Shown: positions 1-11,058, numbered from the stretch's first letter. The stretch: 64,000 bases of DNA from Octopus sinensis (GCF_006345805.1 NC_043008.1:55428001-55492000), one strand, 5' to 3'. Translations and numbers: made by a program. Notes: generated by a model from the sequence alone, not told the origin.

Positions 1-289
1 CCTAAAATTATACGCTGATAACTTTCTTTGACATTTGTTCTTAGGCGTAGTCCTTTCAAGGTTCTACTGATGTGGAAAAAAATCAATAACCCATTATTGC
101 AAATCAACTAAATGTTTGTAGGCTAAATTATCACAGAAATATCATCTCTGCTTCTTCATGTATCCCAATTACATAATATCAAATACAGCCAAAGATTCAT
201 CCACCTCCTGATTTAGACTCCATCGTTTTCATCAAATAATTAAAGGTGCTGCTTCTAATAGTAATTGACCATAAAATTTATTTATAGCT

Positions 290-453
290 AGGTGTAGGCA
301 TGGCAGTGTGGTAACAAGTTTGCTTGCCAACCACATAGTTCTGGGTTCAGTTCCACTGTGTAGCACCTTAGACAAGCAGCAAGTGTCTCATACTATAGCC
401 ATGAGCTGACCAAAGCCTTATGAGTGGATTTGGTAAAACTGGAAAAAACTCAT

Positions 454-496
<43 letters not shown>

Positions 497-1030
497 AACC
501 ACATGTGTGTGCTTTTGTGTTTGTATTTGTTCCTCACTGCCATTTGACAACCAGTACTGGTTTGTTTATGTCCCTGTAACTTAGTCATTGTGGAGGCACA
601 TGGCCTAGTGGTTAGAGCAATGGACTTGCGGTCGAGGGATTTCAGGTTCGAATCTCAGACCGGGCGGCATGTGTGTTTATGAGTGAAACACTTAAGCTCC
701 ATGTGGCTCCGGCAGAAGGTAATGGCAAACTTCTGCTGACTCTTTCGCCACAACTTTCTCTTACTCTTTCCTCCTGCATCTTGCAGCTCACCTGCGACGG
801 ACCAGCATCCCATCCAGGTGGGGAACCTATACGCCAAGGAAACCGGCCCTTATAAGCCAGGCGTAGCTCGAGAAGGAACAAACAACTTAGTGGTTAGGCA
901 AAAAAAGAGACTGATAGAATAAGTATCAGGCTTTAAAAAAACCAAGTGCTGGGATTAATTTGTTTGACTAAACACTTCAAACTGGTGCCCCAGCATGGCC
1001 ACAGTCCAATGACTAAAACAAGATAAAAGA
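290..1030 (+). mobile_element. Family A tRNA-headed SINE with central (TA)/(TG) microsatellite, split by a family C SINE
   Basis: A-box-like TGGCAGTGTGGT, B-box-like GGTTCAGTT, CORE-like CCTTRGRCAAG segment, central microsatellite, conserved 3' half (CTTAG...CAAAAGAGAC.GATAGAATAAGTA...CCAGCATGGCC.CAGTC) and AAAAGAT tail; more than 20 related copies in the window. Confidence 0.85.
592..886 (+). mobile_element. Family C tRNA-derived SINE nested in family A
   Basis: A box TGGCCTAGTGG, B box GGTTCGAATC, AACAAACAAC tail; AACTTAGT repeated on both sides; homologous to 39721-40446 and 51088-51392. Confidence 0.85.
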
Positions 1031-1499
1031 TAATGAGAGAGAGAAATGATGATGATGGTGGTGTCTGTGCAACCTTAAAGTACATTTGTAGTAGGTATTT
1101 AGTTGGTCGGTCTTTTTGCTTATTAAATGAGGTTATTTATATTTCCAGCAGGCCCAGAGTTCCTTTTGACATTTCCTGTTTCCTGAAACAGCAGGATTCT
1201 CAGCCACTAACATTCACAAGTGGCAGGTCCAAAACGCTCCTCAACATCTGCTCTTAACAACAGCAACCTTTATCTATATTATCAAGATTAAGGTGCAAAA
1301 CTAAAACTAGGGACCATTTTCTGTTGATAAAAGAGATAAATATATTCTAAAATTGTATAATAAATATTCAATATTTGGCCATTCTAGATTATTGCATATT
1401 AGTCTTACAGACATAGATCAAGTATTTTGGTAGACCTACTGATTCCACATGTAACTTGTAGTCTAATTATTTGGTGTGGTTGATTAACATTTCTTAATT

Positions 1500-1912
1500 G
1501 GGATCTTTTCTGTTTGAACAGCAGTTTTTAAGATAATTTCTAGGTAATTAAAAAATTTTAAACTTCGTATACTGGTAGAATATGTTTATAAAACATCTTT
1601 TTCTCTTGGCTTTATTGAGAAAATTCTATAGTTTGTAAGATATTTGTTGTTTTTTTTTCTTCAATTTCTGCAATTTCAACCAATCACTGACGTCTATTGA
1701 GGTAAAAAAACATTCTGTGTCATATGAATATGTCCCTCGTTTAAGAAACAGATTGGGTTTATTTACATTTGTGAAGAAAAAAAGATACCCTTTCCCCCAC
1801 CCCTAACCCTAAAACATTGAAATGCAATAGATCGATACTAGGGTCATAATTATGGGTGACAATTTCATATGACACCGCTAGAAAAAACTGCCGTTCAAAC
1901 CGAAAAGATCCC
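1500..1912. mobile_element. MITE with ~29-bp TIRs and 6-bp TSD (superfamily unassigned)
   Basis: Left GGGATCTTTTCTGTTTGAACAGCAGTTTT; right end reverse complement GGGATCTTTTCGGTTTGAACGGCAGTTTT; TTAATT at 1494-1499 and 1913-1918; internal CCCTAACCCTAA. Confidence 0.9.
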
Positions 1913-2002
1913 TTAATTGTAATGAGTTCATATAAAAAATAAACAAAGCACTTTTACTACCCAGTTTCCACTCATAAATGGTTATAGTGGTATGAGAGTA
2001 TC

Positions 2003-2215
2003 TGTGTGGCTGCTGTTTTTACTTAACCCCAGGAGTGCACTTACTGAGCAGACTTATGTTCAAAGGCATTCTAGATGTGACCATTCTATCATATTACATG
2101 CCTAGGAATACATATCATCCAGTGTGTCCTGCCCTTTTTGATGTGATTCAAGGGAGATCATTTGACTGCTATTTCCATCAGGTTGAGCAACCACATACAG
2201 GTTCTCACACTAGCT
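2003..2215 (-). repeat. Old dispersed repeat (family J), probably a SINE/LINE 3' fragment
   Basis: Motif CTAGAAATAGCAGC.AAATCT recurs in opposite or same orientation near 18300, 19650, 22620 and 52145. Confidence 0.5.
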
Positions 2216-2580
2216 TGTGAAAGCTAATTTTATTGTATTGGTGACAGTAGAGATATTATGTCTGTAGTAGTTGGAATCCAGTTGTATATGATATGAGAGT
2301 GTCATACACAACTGGATTCCAAAGTGACAAAGTACTCACTATAAGGAGTACTTTGTATAGTGTCCTACATATGGCTCTCCCTCACCAATGAGGGTCTCTG
2401 TCTTGTTTATGGATCCTAAGGTGACTTACGAGTTAATTATTAGTCCTAAGAGTACAAGGCATACAAACACTGTACTAAGAATAAGGTCACAACAATTAAT
2501 ATAGAAATATGATACTAGCTAAATTAGTATCAAAACTAGATACAATAACTAGCATTGTGTTGCGTTCGTGTCAATAGAAT

Positions 2581-2866
2581 AGTGTGGTAAGAAGCTTGCT
2601 TCCAAATCACATGGTTCTGGGTTCGGTCCCACCGCATGGCTCCTTGGGCAAAGTCTTGTGAGTGGATTTGGCAGATGGAAACTGAAAGAAGCCCGTCGTA
2701 TATATATTTGTGTGTGTGTTATTGTGTCTGTGTTTGTCCCCCACCATCACTTGACAACCAATGTTGGTACATGTATGTTCCTGTAACTTAGCAGTTCGGC
2801 AAAAGAGATTCATAGAATAAGTACTAAGCTTTCAAAGAATAAGTCCCGGGGTCGATTTCTTTGATC
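2581..2866 (+). mobile_element. Family A SINE, truncated
   Basis: GTGGTAAGAAGCTTGC...GGTTCGGTCCC...GGAAACTGAAAGAAGCCCGTCG...GAATAAGTCCCGGGGTCGATTT. Confidence 0.85.
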
Positions 2867-2908
2867 CAACCTCCTAAAAAAACCCGTGAAAGAATCCCTA
2901 AACTCCCA

Positions 2909-3389
2909 ATCCCGCTGAAAGGTTTGATCCCTGTAGTGGTGTGTTGGCTTGTTTGCCAAAATGACCCCGAGAGCTATGCCAATGTAGCGCAAGCTGCTGG
3001 TAGGACCTCTAATACTGGACAGGTCAAAAGACTGAGGCCAGACTAATATAGATCAACTCTTCCCAGAGGCAAAAATAGGTTCGTGCTGGGCCAACACCCC
3101 TACCAAGACAAAAGCAAAGTTACAAAAGCACCAATGATAATTCAAAACCAATAAGACCTGGGAGAGCAAGGCCTTCTGCCCTCAGGGTAACAGGTCTCCT
3201 TGATCTGAAACCTACAAGATAAATGGAAGAGGTGACCCCCTAAAAATAGCTGAATGTGAGCGAGATGCTACGGCAGAACTGAAAAAGCAGTGACCCAACA
3301 GGAGAGAAGTAGAAAAAACAGCTTAGAATCAAGAACAGAGGAAAGAAGTTGTTGATGATTTATTCTCAATAGAAAATGAAGGGCTTAAG
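2909..3389 (+). mobile_element. Internally deleted non-autonomous RTE-clade element (5' leader fused to ORF C-terminus and 3' end)
   Basis: 10-bp TSD TAAACTCCCA (2899-2908, 3390-3399); RTE-like leader motif GAGCTATGCC...GGTAGGACC...CAGGTC; degenerate C-terminal peptide (GRGDP...EVEKTA*NQEQRKEVVDDLFS...EGLK*) resembling RTE ORF ends; TAAGT tail. Confidence 0.7.
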
Positions 3390-3545
3390 TAAACTCCCAC
3401 ACACTGCAACCGCCATTAACCTGTTCTATTCCCTGGACTGTAGAATAGGCAAAAAGTAGATAATATGATTCAGTGTGGTCAAGCCAAGAAACTAGATCCA
3501 ATTACTGCCAGCATGTTATAATTTGTGGAAAGTTCACTTGAGACA

Positions 3546-4352
3546 TAATGGTTTCAAATTTTGGCAAAGGGCCAGTAATTATTTTATGGGAGAGATAAGT
3601 CAATTACAGAGATCCCAGTGCTCAACTGGTCCTTAAGGCAAAGTTGACCTCTGTGGAACTTGAATCCAGAACATAAGGGCTGATAGAAACATTAGCACGC
3701 CGGGCAAAATGCTTAGCGGTATTTCGTCTGTCTTTACGTTCTGAGTTCAAATTCTGCCGAGGTCGACTTTGCCTTTCTTCCTTTCAGGGTCAATAAATTA
3801 AGTACCAGTTACACACTGGGGTCGATATAATTGACTTAATCCGTTTATTTGTCCTTGTTTGTCCCCTCTGTGTTTAGCCCCTTGTGGGCAGTAAAGAAAT
3901 AGGTATTTTGTCTGTCTTTACGTTCTGAGTTCAAATTCTGCCGAGGTCGACTTTGCCTTTCATCCTTTCAGGGTCAATAAATTAAGTACCAGTTACACAC
4001 TGGGGTCGATATAATTGACTTAATCCGTTTATTTGTCCTTGTTTGTCCCCTCTGTGTTTAGCCCCTTGTGGGCAGTAAAGAAATAGGTATTTCGTCTGTC
4101 TTTACGTTCTGAGTTCAAATTCTGCCGAGGTCGACTTTGCCTTTCATCCTTTCAGGGTCGATAAATTAAGTACCAGTTACATACTGGGATCGATGTAATC
4201 GACTTAATCCCTTTGTCTGTCCTTGTTTGTCCCCTCTAAGTTTAGCCCCTTGTGGGCAGTAAAGAAATAAGAACATAAGGGACAGAATTAAGGGGGGAAA
4301 AAACGCCACTAAGAGCATTTTGTCTGACATGCTAACATTTCTGCCAGCCCCC
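3546..4352 (-). mobile_element. Older family B2 SINE, interrupted by the B trimer
   Basis: Reverse-strand tail (ATAATGGTTTCAAATTTTGGC) at 3546 and head (CATGCTAACATTTCTGCCAGC) at about 4330-4350 flank the insert. Confidence 0.65.
3680..4269 (+). mobile_element. Family B SINE trimer (one head plus three ~184-bp units)
   Basis: Units start at 3718, 3902 and 4086 (GGTATTT.GTCTG); GAGTTCAAATT B-box-like motif; central GCCTTTCATCCTTTC.GGGTCGATAAA..AGTACCAG (Meta-domain-like, from memory); TSD AGAACATAAGGG at 3668-3679 and 4270-4281. Confidence 0.9.
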
Positions 4353-4855
4353 AATAACTTCATTGCAGGCATAATAACAGGCTTTAAGTGAGGTATTTGA
4401 ACCCACGAATCAAACTGGTAAAAAACTAACAACCTGATATCCCACCAAATCATCTGTTTCCCCTTTCCACCTAATTATTGACACCAGTGGGAATATCAAC
4501 ATAATACACAGTCAATTCTACCCTCATCCTTTGAGATCACAATAATAGAGAAGTATGTTTACAGTATTGTGTATATCCTCACTGTTTGTTTATAAACAAA
4601 GTGCACTGAGTTCTTTGTTTTTTGTCTTCTTTTTTTTTTCTTTTTTTCTTTTTCAAAGGATTGTTTATTCTGGCAGGGAAAAAAAATGGGAAGTGATAAC
4701 ATGTGTTTAGCAGCCTCCGCCAACGCTTTCATTTCGCATCCGAAACAACAACAACAACAACAACTTCTGTCACAACCGTTGCTGCTTACCATCACAACCA
4801 GAAGAGAATGAATTCCTAAAAGAATAGAAATATCCCCACCCCCAACTTATATCAT

Positions 4856-5024
4856 GGTGTGTATATATATATATATATATATATACATACACAACCATAC
4901 ATACACACAGACACATATATATACATCCATACATACCCCCCACATACACACATATACCCATACATACCCCAACATATATATATATATACATCCATTCATA
5001 CACACACATTATATACATCTACAT

Positions 5025-5073
<49 letters not shown>

Positions 5074-5170
5074 TTTATATATATATACACACACACACAT
5101 ATATACATTTTTATATATACATCTATACATCCACATATATACATCTATATATACATAACACACATGCATA
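4856..5170. repeat. Compound (TA)n/(CA)n microsatellite
   Basis: Direct inspection. Confidence 0.95.
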
Positions 5171-5564
5171 CTGATATCATGCAGGTGTTGTTCTTTGCAT
5201 AAGGTATCTGCAAACCATAAAACAAGGATTCAATACATCTGATGGTAGAGTGTAATAATTTCATTTCAAGACTTGCTGATAGCTTTGCAAGAAGTCTCAT
5301 CTACAGAGAAGTGGAACCAGCTCCAAGAATCCCCAGAGAATGGGATTTAACTATTACAAACTAAACTCTGAGGATCACGGGGGTCTTTTTTCACTCAATT
5401 CCAAATAAAACTTCTTGTAAGTAATTACTAGTTAGTAATATTTTATATCATTTGTTTATCAATAGATAGATGGGGGGATCAATGGATGGATGGCTAGATA
5501 TATAGACAATCACACAGACATATATATATATATATAGGAAGACAGAGAGACATATATGTATGTA

Positions 5565-5595
<31 letters not shown>

Positions 5596-5596
<1 letters not shown>

Positions 5597-5781
5597 GGGG
5601 CAGGAGTGGCTGTGTGGTAAGTAGCTTGCTTACCAACCACATTGTTCCGGGTTCAGTCCCACTGCGTGGCATCTTGGGCAAGTGTCTTCTGCTATAGCCT
5701 TGGGCCAACCAAAGCCTTGTGAGTGGATTTGGTAGACGGAAACTGAAAGAAGCTCATCGTATATATGTATATGTGTATGTG

Positions 5782-5832
<51 letters not shown>

Positions 5833-6030
5833 GCGTATGTGTGTTTGTGTTTGTCCCACAACATCGCCTGACAACCGATGCTGGTGTGTTTACATCCCTG
5901 TAACTTAGCGATTCGGTAAAAGAGACCGCTAGAATAAGTACTAGACTTACAAAGAATTTGCTCGACTAAAGGTGGTGCTCCAGCATGGCAGCAGTCAAAT
6001 GAATGAAACAAGTAAAAGAGTAAAAGAGAA
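5596..6030 (+). mobile_element. Family A SINE, full length
   Basis: GGCAGGAGTGGCTGTGTGGTAAG head to GAAACAAGTAAAAGAGTAAAAGAG tail. Confidence 0.9.
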
Positions 6031-6149
6031 ACACACACACACATATATAGACAGACACATACACACACATATATATATAGAGAGAGATATACAGACTGAC
6101 AGGCAGACATTACTATGTCACTCTTAAATCCCTTCTCAACAAAGTAACA

Positions 6150-6506
6150 AGACAACTGGTGATTTGTTGTGCTTGAGAAGACCTACCCAGCTATGTAAAA
6201 ATCCACATCCATGATCCTCTTTCCCCACAACCCAGCCATGCCCACCACTGCTCTTTCTCTCTTTCCTCTTCCCCCTACCTGCACACAATTATGCCGCCCC
6301 CACCCCATTAAATCCCTTCCCCACAACATATTCTCCTAATACCCCCTCCCTCTACCAGCACCCACTCATTACACCCCACCACTTCTCGTTTCCACTCTCT
6401 TTTCAAAGCTTTGTGAACTTGACCAGTCCACCTCACTAAATACACCCCACCCTGTTACTTGGGTGTACATCCCCTGCTTCCTCCCTGTTGCATCTTCACC
6501 ATCTTT

Positions 6507-6543
<37 letters not shown>

Positions 6544-7170
6544 ATTTAAGGTAGCCAAGTTTCTCTTCTTCGCTGTCCCTCAATACTACCCCCGCCCCCA
6601 GTTGATGGGTCTTGTTTTGCAAGTTACTTGGTAACCTTACTAATGCTGGTGTCATGTAAAAAGCACCCATTATACTCTGTAGAGTGGTTGGCGTTAGGTA
6701 GGGCATCCAGTCACAGAAAACCATGCCAAACCAGTCAGTAAAAAAGGAGCCCTCTGTCGGTTATGACGATGAGGGTCCCAGCTGATACGATCAACAGAAC
6801 AGCTTGCTCGTGAAATTAACGTGCAAGTGACTGAGCAATCCACAGACACGTGTACCCTTAACGTAGTTCTCAGGGAAATTCAGTGTGACACAGTGTAACA
6901 AGGCCGGCCCTTTGAAATACAGGTACAACTCATTTTTGCCAGCTGAGTGGTCTGGAGCAACGTGAAATGAAGTGTCTTGCTCAAGGACACAACAGGTCGC
7001 CGGGAATTGAACTCGCAACCTTACAATCGTGAGCCAAATGCCCTGACCACTAAGCCATGTGCCTTCACTAAACCAGTCAATAGAGCTTGGCAGACTTCTC
7101 ACTTGCCAGATCGTGTCAAACCATTCTACCCATAACAGCAGGGAAAATGGGCATGGAAAGAGGATGACAA
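6150..7170 (+). mobile_element. 3' end of RTE-type LINE (family E), interrupted by a family D SINE
   Basis: Degenerate ORF end (NW*FVVLEKT), GAGTGGTTGGCGTTAGG.AGGGCATCCAG motif, ACCCAT..CAGCA.GGAAA 3' end; insert flanked by TSD AAACCAGTCA (6728-6737, 7070-7079). Confidence 0.6.
6738..7069 (-). mobile_element. Family D (subfamily D2) tRNA-headed SINE
   Basis: Reverse-strand head GAAGGCACATGGCTTAGTGG...GAGTTCAATTCCC, CTTGAGCAAGACACTT core, TSD as above. Confidence 0.85.
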
Positions 7171-7443
7171 GGTATATAAGAGAGACAGACAGAAACAAAC
7201 TGATAGATGTAGCTAGATATAAACAGACAGAGACAGTCAGATATGCCAAAATCAAATAAGCAAATTCAACAAATAACATATTTATCTCATATACAGCAAA
7301 ACAAATTATATCATATCGCAAATCAAAATATAATTATGATTAACAAAACATTTTTTTAACACATTCCCTTATCTTTAGCTTATCAGAAACAACAGGTATT
7401 TTTATTAAAAAAAAAAGTTTTTGTACAAACATTTTGTTCCATA

Positions 7444-8245
7444 GACGCAGGTGTGGCTGTGCGATAAGAAGTTTGCTTCCCAACTACAAGGTTCTAGGTT
7501 CCTCCTAGGTGGCACCTTGAGTAAGTGACTTCTATCAAAGTCCCACACTAAGCAAAGCTTTGTGAGTAGATTTAGTAGACAGAAACTAAAAAATAAGGCA
7601 GCGAGCTGGCAGAAACGTTAGCCTTTCATCCTTTTGGGGTCGATAAATTAAGTACCAGTTATGCACTGGGGTTGATGTAATCGAATTAATACCTATGTCT
7701 GTCCTTGTTTGTCCCTTCTATGTTTAGCCCCTTGTGGGTAATAAATAGGTATTTCGTCTGCCATTACGTTCTGAGTTCAAATTTTGCTGAGGTCGACTTT
7801 GCCTTTCATCCTTTTGGCGTCGATAAATTAAGTACCAGTTATACACTGGGGTCGATGTAATCGACTTAATCTCTTTGTCTATCCTTGTTTGTTCCCTCTA
7901 TGTTTAGCCCCTTGTGGGCAATAAAGAAATAGGAAACTAAAAAAACTCATTGTGTGAATGAATGAATGTGACTGTGTATGAATGTGTGTATGTTTGTATG
8001 AATATGTGTGTGTGTGTTACTGTCCTGTTGTCTTGACATTGCACAATAGTTGTAAGCGAATGACGAATGTCACCCTCCTTTCCAATTTTCCACAAAAGCC
8101 TGTATGGTGATGGGGAATTATTAACCTTAATTGGAAATAGGCAAGAGTTAGCAACAGGAAGAGCATCCAGCCATAGAAAATCTGCCTCAACAAATTCCAT
8201 CTGACTCATGCGAGCATGGAAAAGAAAACATTAAAAATGAAGAGG
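7444..8245 (+). mobile_element. Family A head joined to an E-type tail, interrupted by a family B dimer
   Basis: A head 7444-7590; B dimer about 7596-7931; GAAACTAAAAAA duplicated on both sides; 3' part carries GGAAGAGCATCCAGCC...CATGCGAGCATGGAAAA. Confidence 0.7.
7596..7931 (+). mobile_element. Family B SINE dimer (first unit internally deleted)
   Basis: GGCAGCGAGCTGGCAGAAACGTTAGC head; junction AAATA|GGTATTTCGTCTG near 7747. Confidence 0.85.
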
Positions 8246-8269
8246 ATAATATTTACATGCATGCACATA

Positions 8270-8676
8270 TTACTCTTTTACTTGTTTCAATCATTTGACT
8301 GTGGTCATGCTGGAGCACCGCCTTTAGTCGAGCAAATCGACCCCGGGACTTATTCTTTGTAAGCCCAGTACTTATCCTATCGGTCTCTTTTGCTGAACCG
8401 TTAAGTGACAGGGACGTAAACACACCAGCATCGGTTGTCAAGCAATGCTAGGGGGACAAACACAAACACACAAACATATACACACACACTTATATATATA
8501 TACATATATACGACAGGCTTCTTTCAGTTTCCGTCTACCAAATCCACTCACAAGGCATTGGTCGGCCCGGGGCTGTAGCAGAAGACACTTGCCCAAGATG
8601 CCACGTAGTGGGACTGAACCCGCAACCATGTGGTTGGTTAGCAAGCTACTTACCACACAGCCACTCCTGCGCCTAT
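8270..8676 (-). mobile_element. Family A SINE, full length
   Basis: Reverse complement of the family A consensus. Confidence 0.9.
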
Positions 8677-9285
8677 ATGCAAGTGTTGTGCGTGGAGAGG
8701 AGGGGTAAATAGAAAAGTTTACAAAGATATATTCTCATATTCTTTCAAAATCGCATTTTTAGCATTTTTATATTATTACACTGTGAAAATGCAGGTTTGA
8801 TTTTGAAAAACAGAACATCAGTTATTTTTAATTAATACCTACACAGCAAAGTTAATGCATGCCACTTATTCATATTTTCCTTTTTCCTCTACCCCCCCCC
8901 CCACCACCCCGTTTTTTGTTAACAAGCCCACTCAAGATAAAATAATAAAGGAAGTAGCTAATTAATGGATTGTTGTAATTATTTAAATTATCCATCTAAA
9001 ACAATAACAACAGTTAAATTATGGTCTATAAAATAGGAGGATATATGTGTAGTAAATAAACATCAATGGCAGTAATTATTTGAATTTTGTTTCTTTGACA
9101 CCCTAACTGGCTTATTAATTAACATTATAAATAATTATGCTAGTAGAGATTTTTTTTTATCTCAGTATTTTACATCCATCTTCCACCTCTAAATCACTTC
9201 TATGGGAGGTTTTTCAAACAATTTTATACAAATGCAAAACGTTTTTATTATATTTTATTATCTTTAAATAAATAAATATCTACAC

Positions 9286-9655
9286 TGGTACAGGTGAGGT
9301 AAGTTTCCTTCTCAACCGCATGGTTCTGGATTCAATCCCACAATGTTCCACCTTGAGCAAATGTCTTCTACTGAAGCCTCAGGCTGACCAAAGCCTCATG
9401 AATGGATTTGGTAGATGGAAACAGAAACTGAAAGAAGCCTGTCTCATATGTATGTGTGCGTTTGTCTAGCACCACTGCTTGACAACTAGTCTTGATGTAT
9501 TTATGTCCCTGTAACTTAGCAGTTTGGCAAAAGAGACTGATAGAATAAGTACCAAGTTTAAAAAATAAAGAATTAGGATTGATTTGTTTGACTAAAATTC
9601 TTCAAGGCAGTGCTGCAGCATGGCCACAGTCTAATGAGTGAAACATAAAAGATAA
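9286..9655 (+). mobile_element. Family A SINE, diverged
   Basis: Head, core and 3' half recognisable. Confidence 0.8.
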
Positions 9656-10372
9656 CTAACTATGCACTGAATAATCAAATAGAGCAGTGGAGCATTGTCA
9701 GCCAAAAGGTGAGACACAATAAGGTTAGAACTCTTGATCATGTAGTTAGTCTAAAGCATGAGAAATACAATATTCATTTCTAAGGAAGAACAGTACCCAT
9801 AGCTATTTCTTTTAAATGTACCTATAATTGAGGTAGAAGTAACAGAAGCAGTTGTCAATCCCTAGGCTGTTGATGACTTGTTCAATAAACCCACTAGTCT
9901 CTAGCTGAAAATACTGAGATTCAATGAAACCTATGAACCTTTTATACATGACATTTTGAAAACATAATACAATGGATCAGTGAGGGAGATAAGCAGCAGA
10001 TCAAGATAAAAGAATGGTTATAGCAGTAAACTATTGATTTAAAGAGCAAATGTTCAAAACTGTAGGTCCATCAGGGATGCTGAGAGCATCAAACTATATT
10101 GATGGTGTGTTAATTATCTACTTAGTTAATCGGGTTATGCAGAAAGTTGTCCTGAAATGAAAGGTGGAGTAGGACCATTATCTTTACTCTCGATAGGGGA
10201 ATTCTAAAGGCAATGAGTTTGTATTAATAGCTCTCAGGGAAATTGTAACTAAAGGGAACTTCATCGGCGGTTACGATGATGAGGATTTCCAGTTGATCTG
10301 ATCAACTGAACAGCATGCTTGTGAAATTAACATGCAAGAGACAGGTCACTCTACAGACATGTGTACTCTTAA

Positions 10373-10817
10373 CCCATATATGCCCATAAAAAATTTCACC
10401 ACATTTAGATTAACCCTTTTGTTACCAATCTGGCTGAAACCGGCTTTGGCTCCGAGTACAAATGTCTTGTTTTCATAAGTTTTGAATAAAAATCTTCCAC
10501 CAAACCTTAATCACAATTTATATTCCTAACACTAGCTGAATTATAACTAAGTTATTTTACTAAATTCTTTGTTATATTTAAAATTAATTTAAAGAAATAC
10601 AGAGTATCTCAAATAAAATACAGTAACGAAAGGGTTAAACATTATGGTAAGCTTTAACAATCTGGAAGATAAGGGCAGTGTGCAGCTGTTAGCTATGGGT
10701 GTCGACTACCTACTGGACATCTCGTAGGCTCAGTCAGGTGCTTCCCGGCGAGTTCATGTTCAAACAAGTAGGAGCAGGTTTTGAGTTGCAAAAATTCAAA
10801 CCAGGAGTATATATGGA
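10373..10817. mobile_element. piggyBac-like MITE (outer)
   Basis: TTAA at 10369-10372 and 10818-10821; imperfect TIR CCCATATATGCCC / GGRGTATATATGGA. Confidence 0.75.
10414..10634. mobile_element. piggyBac-like MITE (inner)
   Basis: TTAA at 10410-10413 and 10635-10638; TIR CCCTTTTGTTAC / GTAACGAAAGGG. Confidence 0.85.
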
Positions 10818-10825
10818 TTAATACA

Positions 10826-11058
10826 TATTTCTTTACTGCCCACAAGGGGCTAAACATAGAGGGGACAAACAAGGACAGACAAAGGGATTAAGTCGATTAC
10901 ATCGACCCCAGTGCATAACTGGTACTTTATTTATCGACCCCGAAAGGATGAAAGGCAAAGTCGACCTCGATGGAAATTGAACTCAGAACATAACGGCAGA
11001 TGAAATACCGCTAAGCATTTCGCCCGGCATGCTAACGACTCTGCCAGCTCACCGCCTT
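10826..11058 (-). mobile_element. Family B SINE monomer
   Basis: Full reverse copy; ~22-bp TSD CAGGRGTATATATGGATTAATA (10802-10823, 11059-11080). Confidence 0.9.

Noticed and set aside
592-665. tRNA genes at SINE heads (also 41383 and 57858)
   Set aside because: A/B boxes are present but there is no proper acceptor stem, and each continues into a SINE body.
1800-1813. Telomeric repeat
   Set aside because: Only two units, internal to a MITE.
2234-2544. Solo LTR (TGTA...TACA)
   Set aside because: No target-site duplication.
5448-5708. Recurring peptide 'RHLPKMPRSGTEPGTMWLVSKLLTTQPLL' in several ORFs
   Set aside because: Antisense translation of the family A SINE head, not a gene family.
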